DNA of 61,418 nucleotides from Bacilli bacterium (GTDB lineage Bacteria; Bacillota_I; Bacilli_A; RF39; UBA660): NCBI GenBank assembly GCA_017432645.1, contig JAFRIU010000021.1, positions 1 to 61,418 of the forward strand, read 5' to 3'. Shown piece by piece: positions 56,011 to 61,418 of this stretch (position 1 is its first letter; each line of letters starts with the position of its first letter). The notes under the pieces were generated by a model. It saw only the letters and a program-made list of their open reading frames with translations, ran no database searches and was not told where the DNA came from. The position numbers and the translations under genes were made by a program.

Positions 56011-56544
56011 TTATTTGGAAGAATATTTTATTGCTTTATCGGCTTCTAGAGTAATACTTAAATTTTTGTGCTTTTCTGTTTCCATTTTTCGATAGGTTAC
56101 ACCACATGTATCAAATAGTTTTTTTGAGGCAATTGTAGAATCGGTATTTGCATATTTATCAGAAAGATATATGACTTCTTTGATTCCATTTTGAATGATT
56201 TTTTTTGCACATTCATTGCATGGAAATAAGTCTACATAAATTCTTGCTCCTTCAAACTCTTTTTTATAGCCTCTAAAGTTATCAATAGCATTTGCTTCTG
56301 CATGACAAACAAATAAATATTTTGTTTCTAATGGGGATCCTTCTCGATCCCATGGAAAAATGTCATCTTCATAGTGATTTGGGGCTCCATTATATCCTGT
56401 AGATAGGACTCTGTTATCTTTACTAACAATGCAAGCTCCTACTTGAGTATTAGGATCTTTACTTCTTCCTGCTGTTAGTTTAGCAATACTCATGAAGTAT
56501 TCATCCCAACTTAGATAATCATTTCTTTTTTTACTCTTATTCAT
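56011..56544 (-). CDS. comEB: dCMP deaminase (ComEB-type)
   Basis: CHAEANAI and PCNECAK zinc motifs. Confidence 0.85.
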   Translation of the reverse strand: MNKSKKRNDYLSWDEYFMSIAKLTAGRSKDPNTQVGACIVSKDNRVLSTGYNGAPNHYEDDIFPWDREGSPLETKYLFVCHAEANAIDNFRGYKKEFEGARIYVDLFPCNECAKKIIQNGIKEVIYLSDKYANTDSTIASKKLFDTCGVTYRKMETEKHKNLSITLEADKAIKYSSK

Positions 56545-56575
56545 ACGTTACTCCTTTTTTCTATCATATCATATT

Positions 56576-57343
56576 TTATAAAATAAATCGTCTTATAATT
56601 TCTATTGTTAGATAGGAATTATTTAAATATGAAAAGTGTCCTGCATTTTTATAGATAATTAGGGCAGCATTTTTTATTTTTTTGTTTAGATAACGCCCAT
56701 CTTTTAATGGTGTTTCTATATCTTTTTCTCCCCAAATGATGAGTGTTTCCGCTGTTATTTTTTTGTAGTATTTTCTAAGATCTTCTTTTATGATGTTTTG
56801 GAAAGTTTTCCTCATGCACTGTGGAATACTTGTATAATCTTTTGAAGCAAAGTGGAAAAGTAGTTTTTGTCTTATCTCTTCTTGTTTTATTTTAGGAAGT
56901 AGATAAGATGCTTTTTTTAATAGTTTATATATTTTTTCTTTAAAAAATAGAGTTATTTTTTTTCTTCTTTTAATACCAGCGACATCTATTAAAATAATTT
57001 TACTTACTTTTATTTGATATTTTCCTACTAGATAGGCTGTGATTCTTCCTCCAAATGAATGTGCTATGATAATAGGATTGTAGATATGATTATCCCAGAG
57101 GAATGATTTTATAATATCTGCATAATCTTTTATATGCCATTCTTCTTTTGGTAGTGGAGTATTTCCAAATCCTGGGTAATCGATAATATAGATCGAAAAA
57201 TTTTCTTGGAATTCATTTATTATGGAATAGAATGTTTTCCTATTTTCTCCCCAACCAGGGAGGATGAGAATGCTTTTTTTATTAGACCCAAATTTTTCAT
57301 AATAAAGACTGATTTTGTCTGTCTTATAATACATACTTATCAC
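56576..57343 (-). CDS. Alpha/beta hydrolase
   Basis: Nucleophile elbow AHSFGG. PGWGE oxyanion region. C-terminal GH. Confidence 0.75.
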   Translation of the reverse strand: MISMYYKTDKISLYYEKFGSNKKSILILPGWGENRKTFYSIINEFQENFSIYIIDYPGFGNTPLPKEEWHIKDYADIIKSFLWDNHIYNPIIIAHSFGGRITAYLVGKYQIKVSKIILIDVAGIKRRKKITLFFKEKIYKLLKKASYLLPKIKQEEIRQKLLFHFASKDYTSIPQCMRKTFQNIIKEDLRKYYKKITAETLIIWGEKDIETPLKDGRYLNKKIKNAALIIYKNAGHFSYLNNSYLTIEIIRRFIL

Positions 57344-57623
57344 CTATGATAATGTATGAATGATTTGTTATATTGTTAAAATTGATTGAGTTTTTCTACT
57401 GATTTATAGTATAATGGAATTGTCAGAAAGGTGCGAACAGACACATATAAAACCGACTAAAGTAACGATATGGGAGTTTGGAACAGTTATTGGTGTTGAA
57501 AACTTAAGAAATTAAGGATCCTGAAGATAACGTATGAACACCCACCTAGTCATAAGATTAGGTTTTATCGTTTGTCCAAGACGCCCATTTCTGATTTTTT
57601 TGTTTGTAGAGAGAAGGTATTTT

Positions 57624-58313
57624 ATGGGTCGATTTGATCGTTTCATGAAAATTATTGGAGAAGAACAATTGAAAAATTTACAACATAAGACGGTACTTGT
57701 TTTAGGTTGTGGCGGTGTAGGGGGTTATGTAGTAGAAGCTTTGGCTAGAAGTAATATTGGATCCATCATTTTAGTAGATTACGACCTGGTAGAGGAGATG
57801 AATATCAATCGACAAATTATTGCATTAACTTCTACTATTGGACAAAAAAAGATAGATGTTTTGGAAGAAAGAATTCATGCGATTCATCCTGATTGTAAAG
57901 TTTTGAAGATGGATACTTTTATTCTTCCTGATAATATAGAGGAATTGTTTGCTTTTCCTTTTGATTTTTTAGTAGATGCTTGTGATACTACTACGACTAA
58001 GAAGGCAGTTATTCGTGAATGTTTGTTGAGAAATATTCCATTTGTTTCTAGTATGGGCACGGGTAATCGTTTAGATCCTTCTCAGTTAGAAATTGTAGAT
58101 ATTCGCAAGACTAGTAATGATCCTTTAGCTAGAATGATTCGTAAATTTGTTAAGGATGAGCGAATTTCTCAAAAAGTGATGGTATTGTCTTCATCTGAGG
58201 CGCCAATTAAGAATCATGAGAGGACTCCTGGAAGCAGTGCTTTTGTTCCTGCCAGTGCTGGACTTTTAATTGCCAGTTATATTGTTAGATATTTTTTGAA
58301 GAAGGAGAATTAG
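57624..58313 (+). CDS. tcdA: ThiF-family tRNA t6A dehydratase (TcdA/YrvM-like)
   Basis: VLVLGCGGVGGYVVEALARSNIGSIILVDYD. Start at MGRFDRF after an RBS. The 57534 start was rejected. Confidence 0.75.
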   Translation: MGRFDRFMKIIGEEQLKNLQHKTVLVLGCGGVGGYVVEALARSNIGSIILVDYDLVEEMNINRQIIALTSTIGQKKIDVLEERIHAIHPDCKVLKMDTFILPDNIEELFAFPFDFLVDACDTTTTKKAVIRECLLRNIPFVSSMGTGNRLDPSQLEIVDIRKTSNDPLARMIRKFVKDERISQKVMVLSSSEAPIKNHERTPGSSAFVPASAGLLIASYIVRYFLKKEN

Positions 58314-58314
58314 T

Positions 58315-59178
58315 ATGGATGGAGAAGTTGTAAAAGATACTAAGATAGCTGTTATTAGCGATGTTCATGGTAATTATCAAGCATTGTTGGCTGTCATGAA
58401 TGATATTCAAAAAAAAGGAATTTCCTATATCATTTGTTTGGGTGATATTATTGGAAAAGGTGTTAATTCTAGGAAGTGCATTGATTTAATTCGTTCTAAA
58501 TGTAATGTTGTACTAATGGGTAATGTGGATGATCGTTTTTGTGATGATCCAGAAAAGTTTAGAGACGATGCTGAGGAGTATCAAAGAATAAAATATTATC
58601 AAAGTCTTTTGACTAAAGAAGATATTGATTTTTTTCATAACTTACCGCTTTTTACAGAATTTTATTTGAGTGGAAACCTTGTTAGATTATTTCATTCTTC
58701 TATGAATGATCCTTATCCAACTTTAACCAATTATGAATTAGATTTTCGAAAAAAATATGATTTGTTTTGTCCTGATAATGTTCATTCTAAGGAAGTTGCG
58801 GATATTGTTGTTTATGGACATATTCATTATCATTTTTTAGAGAAAATTTATGGTAAGACTTTAATGAATTGTGGTAGTGTTGGTTGTTCTGGATGTGCTG
58901 TTTTGGAAGATGGATACAATTCTATGAAAGAAATATCTAATGCTCATTACTTAGTCTTGCAAGGGAATCTAAATGATAGAGAAAATGCTCCCATTGGTTT
59001 TCAATTTGAAAGTATTCCTTATGATAAAGAAACAGAAATTGAAGATTCTGATCGGTTTCATAATGTTTATTCTGGCTATAGAGAGTTATTGGAGAAGGGA
59101 CATTATCCTGATTTAGATGATATTATGAAAAAATTTTCTGAAGATGGTTATCAAATTTTTCATCAAAACGAGAACTAA
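58315..59178 (+). CDS. Metallophosphoesterase family protein
   Basis: ISDVHGN, LGDIIGKG, GHIHY. Confidence 0.75.
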   Translation: MDGEVVKDTKIAVISDVHGNYQALLAVMNDIQKKGISYIICLGDIIGKGVNSRKCIDLIRSKCNVVLMGNVDDRFCDDPEKFRDDAEEYQRIKYYQSLLTKEDIDFFHNLPLFTEFYLSGNLVRLFHSSMNDPYPTLTNYELDFRKKYDLFCPDNVHSKEVADIVVYGHIHYHFLEKIYGKTLMNCGSVGCSGCAVLEDGYNSMKEISNAHYLVLQGNLNDRENAPIGFQFESIPYDKETEIEDSDRFHNVYSGYRELLEKGHYPDLDDIMKKFSEDGYQIFHQNEN

Positions 59179-59253
59179 ACATAGGGGAAATAATAAAATA
59201 TAAAACGAACTAGTCTATGTCTAGTTCGTTTTTTATGAAATAGTAAGTGATTT

Positions 59254-59736
59254 CTACATTCTTTTCTCTTTCATCATTTCTATCAGCGCTTTTTCCCATA
59301 CGTTATATATTGCTGCATATTTAAGACTTTCTTTTTCTCCTTTTTTATCTTTTAGATACTCTTTTACCGATTTGCTTAAAAATGGTTCAAAATCATTGTA
59401 GATAGAATAATCAACACTTAGTCCGTTTCCAAATCCCATATATAAATATTTATATTTTTCTTTATCATTTTCATTATTGTTATTTTTCCATGTTTCCATC
59501 CATTTTGGAAATTGTTTTGCGGCATCATCTAATGAAATAAATTTATCATCATTTAGGTCTTTATTATAATACATCCATCCATCTATTCTATATATCACTA
59601 GTTTATTTCCTTCTTTCACGACGAATGTTGAACCATCTTCATCTCCCATTCTGCCAGGATTAGTAATAAACATTATGTCATCTTCATTTAGTTTTAAAAA
59701 GTTTTCTTTTGAAATTTTATTTTTCGGTCGATTCAT
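59254..59736 (-). CDS. Hypothetical protein
   Basis: Clean ORF. Start probably at MNRPKNK. Confidence 0.5.
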   Translation of the reverse strand: MNRPKNKISKENFLKLNEDDIMFITNPGRMGDEDGSTFVVKEGNKLVIYRIDGWMYYNKDLNDDKFISLDDAAKQFPKWMETWKNNNNENDKEKYKYLYMGFGNGLSVDYSIYNDFEPFLSKSVKEYLKDKKGEKESLKYAAIYNVWEKALIEMMKEKRM

Positions 59737-59889
59737 TTTATTACCTACTTTCTTATTAGAACTATTATAACACATAAAAAAATCTATCTTTCGATAGATT
59801 TATATATCAACAATGGAGCAGTAGGCGAATGTTCTTTCAACTACCACAAGATTAGATTTATTAACCAATCTCCTATTATAACAATATTA

Positions 59890-60741
59890 CTATTTATTCT
59901 CTATTTCTTTCTTATTTTTATATTCATAATTTAAATAATTATCTTTTGATATAACTGATTCATTTAATTCTGATTCAAGTTGATTTCTAGCTACTTTAGA
60001 AACATTGCCTCCTTTTCTTGCTATTTTTCTATTCTCTTCTAATCCATTTGGATTCTTTTTCTTTGCAAGCTCTCTTGTAGCTATTTCTCCTAAATCGGCT
60101 AATGCAACTTCGATATCGGACATATTATCTCTTAGAGATTCTTTTCTTAATCCCTTATAATTCTTGTATTCTTTAGCAGTAAAACCTGACCATTCTTTAT
60201 AAATTTCATTTGTGAGTATCGCATATTCTTTTTCCGTTAATACTCCATGTTCATTCCAAGTATCAGTTAGTTTCTTTCTATCTTGAATACCTTTTATTCT
60301 TTTAATAATCCACTCTTCTGGGTACCCTTTTGCTCTATAAGTATCGATTGCTCTTTGAACCGTTATTGACGGATCAAATGTTTCATCTATTCTTTCTTTT
60401 CCTAAATGAGCTAGCCATTGTTTTATAGGTTCTGCATTCTTACTAGGAATAGACTCAATAATTCTAAACATTCCTTCAATATCAACAACATCAGTCATAC
60501 GATATTTACCATCTTGGGCTTTTAGTTTCAAAGCGTTACAATTTGTAACGGTTTCATTTCCCTCATCTTTTAATCTTTTTTTCATGACTCGCCAATATAC
60601 TTGTGGATTATCACTATCAGTTAAAATTCTAACAATATCAACAACACTTATAAAATATTTCTCTTGTTCATTATCCCATACAGTTCTTATGGTTTCATTA
60701 TTAAATAGTTTATTAACTAGATGCATTTTATCTTGATTCAT
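59890..60741 (-). CDS. Bro-N domain / DinD-like protein
   Basis: N-terminus FNNETIRTVWDNEQEKYFISVVDIVRIL...QVYWRVMKKRL is Bro-N-like. The C-terminal half resembles DNA-damage-inducible DinD-type proteins. Confidence 0.65.
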   Translation of the reverse strand: MNQDKMHLVNKLFNNETIRTVWDNEQEKYFISVVDIVRILTDSDNPQVYWRVMKKRLKDEGNETVTNCNALKLKAQDGKYRMTDVVDIEGMFRIIESIPSKNAEPIKQWLAHLGKERIDETFDPSITVQRAIDTYRAKGYPEEWIIKRIKGIQDRKKLTDTWNEHGVLTEKEYAILTNEIYKEWSGFTAKEYKNYKGLRKESLRDNMSDIEVALADLGEIATRELAKKKNPNGLEENRKIARKGGNVSKVARNQLESELNESVISKDNYLNYEYKNKKEIENK

Positions 60742-60997
60742 TATTATCATCCTTTTCTATTTTTTTTATCCCAATTGTATAGCCAAATGGTTTAAGCAGT
60801 TTAATAAGTGTAGTTATTTGTGGAGTTTTCTTTCTAGTTTCTAAAATAGCGATTAGTTCTCTAATAACTCCAGCTTCATCGGCCATCTGTTGTTGAGTAA
60901 GTCCTAATTCGTGCCTTAATTTAATAAAATCGCAAATTAGATCATACTCTAATTCCATTGTTTCTTTGTCTTGTTCTAATATTTCTTTCTTTAACAT
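60728..60997 (-). CDS. XRE-family helix-turn-helix regulator
   Basis: LRHELGLTQQQMADEAGVIRELIAILETRKKTP. Start chosen after RBS aggtga. Overlaps the downstream Bro-N gene. Confidence 0.75.
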   Translation of the reverse strand: MLKKEILEQDKETMELEYDLICDFIKLRHELGLTQQQMADEAGVIRELIAILETRKKTPQITTLIKLLKPFGYTIGIKKIEKDDNNESR

Positions 60998-61309
60998 TGT
61001 TATCACCTGCATACAATATATCATTATGTATAATTGTAGTCAATAGTATACATTACAAATAAAATAAAAAAGTTACGATACATTGCACCGTAACCTATTT
61101 TCAAATGGAGCAATTGCTACAAGGATGTAACACACTTCACATAACAAAATTCATTTGTATTTGATATATTAATTATAACGCTTGTATTTGATTTAATCAA
61201 TATCTTTGAATCATATTTTAAAAAAGAGTAGAGGAATAGAACTTACAATTTAATTTATCACGTTAAGGTGTTCGCAATAGCAACCTATTGCGAACAGATT
61301 AATATATAA

Positions 61310-61418
61310 CTAATTTCCTAAATTAATAATTTGATCTTGATACAACTTATTGTTTAATAACTCAGGATTTTCTCCTATAAATGCTTTAGATGCTTCTCCA
61401 TCATTTTGTAATTGCCAC
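61310..61418 (-). CDS. 3' end of an unidentified gene running off the window
   Basis: Open frame ...WQLQNDGEASKAFIGENPELLNNKLYQDQIINLGN then a stop. The product cannot be assigned. Confidence 0.4.
   Translation of the reverse strand, partial: WQLQNDGEASKAFIGENPELLNNKLYQDQIINLGN

Noticed and set aside
57344-57623. The long leader upstream of the tcdA-like gene, as a possible riboswitch or T-box.
   Set aside because: It has a -10-like tagtataat and a hairpin (cctagtc-ataa-gattagg). It has no T-box sequence, no recognisable riboswitch core and no clean terminator. This is most simply a divergent promoter region.
59811-61125. Short shared string aatggagca at about 59815 and about 61104, as possible att-like direct repeats around the Bro-N/XRE pair.
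   Set aside because: Only 9 nt are shared in AT-rich DNA, which is compatible with chance.
1-61418. A search for integrase, transposase, rRNA or CRISPR-cas genes.
   Set aside because: No ORF shows recombinase or transposase motifs. No rRNA-like sequence or cas genes were recognised. The accessory segment therefore has no visible mobility gene in this window.

Overview
This is a low-GC (about 30% by eye) Firmicute chromosome segment from an endospore-former, judged from a SigF/G-like sigma factor, spoVAC-AD-AE and cotJ. Most genes are housekeeping: nrdD/nrdG, hsp20, rluD, glyQS with a T-box, typA, rpmB, dnaE, lspA, htpG, proS, tRNA-His/Arg/Pro, dacB-like and comEB. The window opens inside a giant (>3,700 aa visible) highly repetitive surface protein. 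The stand-out region is an AT-rich accessory segment of about 6.6 kb (about 37.88-44.49 kb) that abuts the 3' end of tRNA-His. It is organised as cassettes, each preceded by a copy of an 70-210 bp repeat. The last cassette is a tightly coupled four-gene streptolysin-S-like azole (TOMM) operon: YcaO, an E1-like partner and a SagB dehydrogenase. Its apparent substrate is not a small peptide. It is a 207-aa protein with a short SLS-like leader and a C-G-C9 tract fused to a roughly four-helix membrane domain. No transporter, protease or immunity gene accompanies it. Other notable points are listed below.
- The nrdD glycyl-radical motif sits in a separate 51-aa ORF with its own RBS.
- CIRCE-type operators overlap the hsp20 and htpG promoters.
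- The glyQS T-box is very compact.
- A 59-aa rpmB is absent from the ORF track.
- A NUDIX gene is frameshifted.
- An orphan type IV pilin-like protein carries Big_2 repeats.
All calls rest on reading motifs in the translations and the DNA. No database search was possible.
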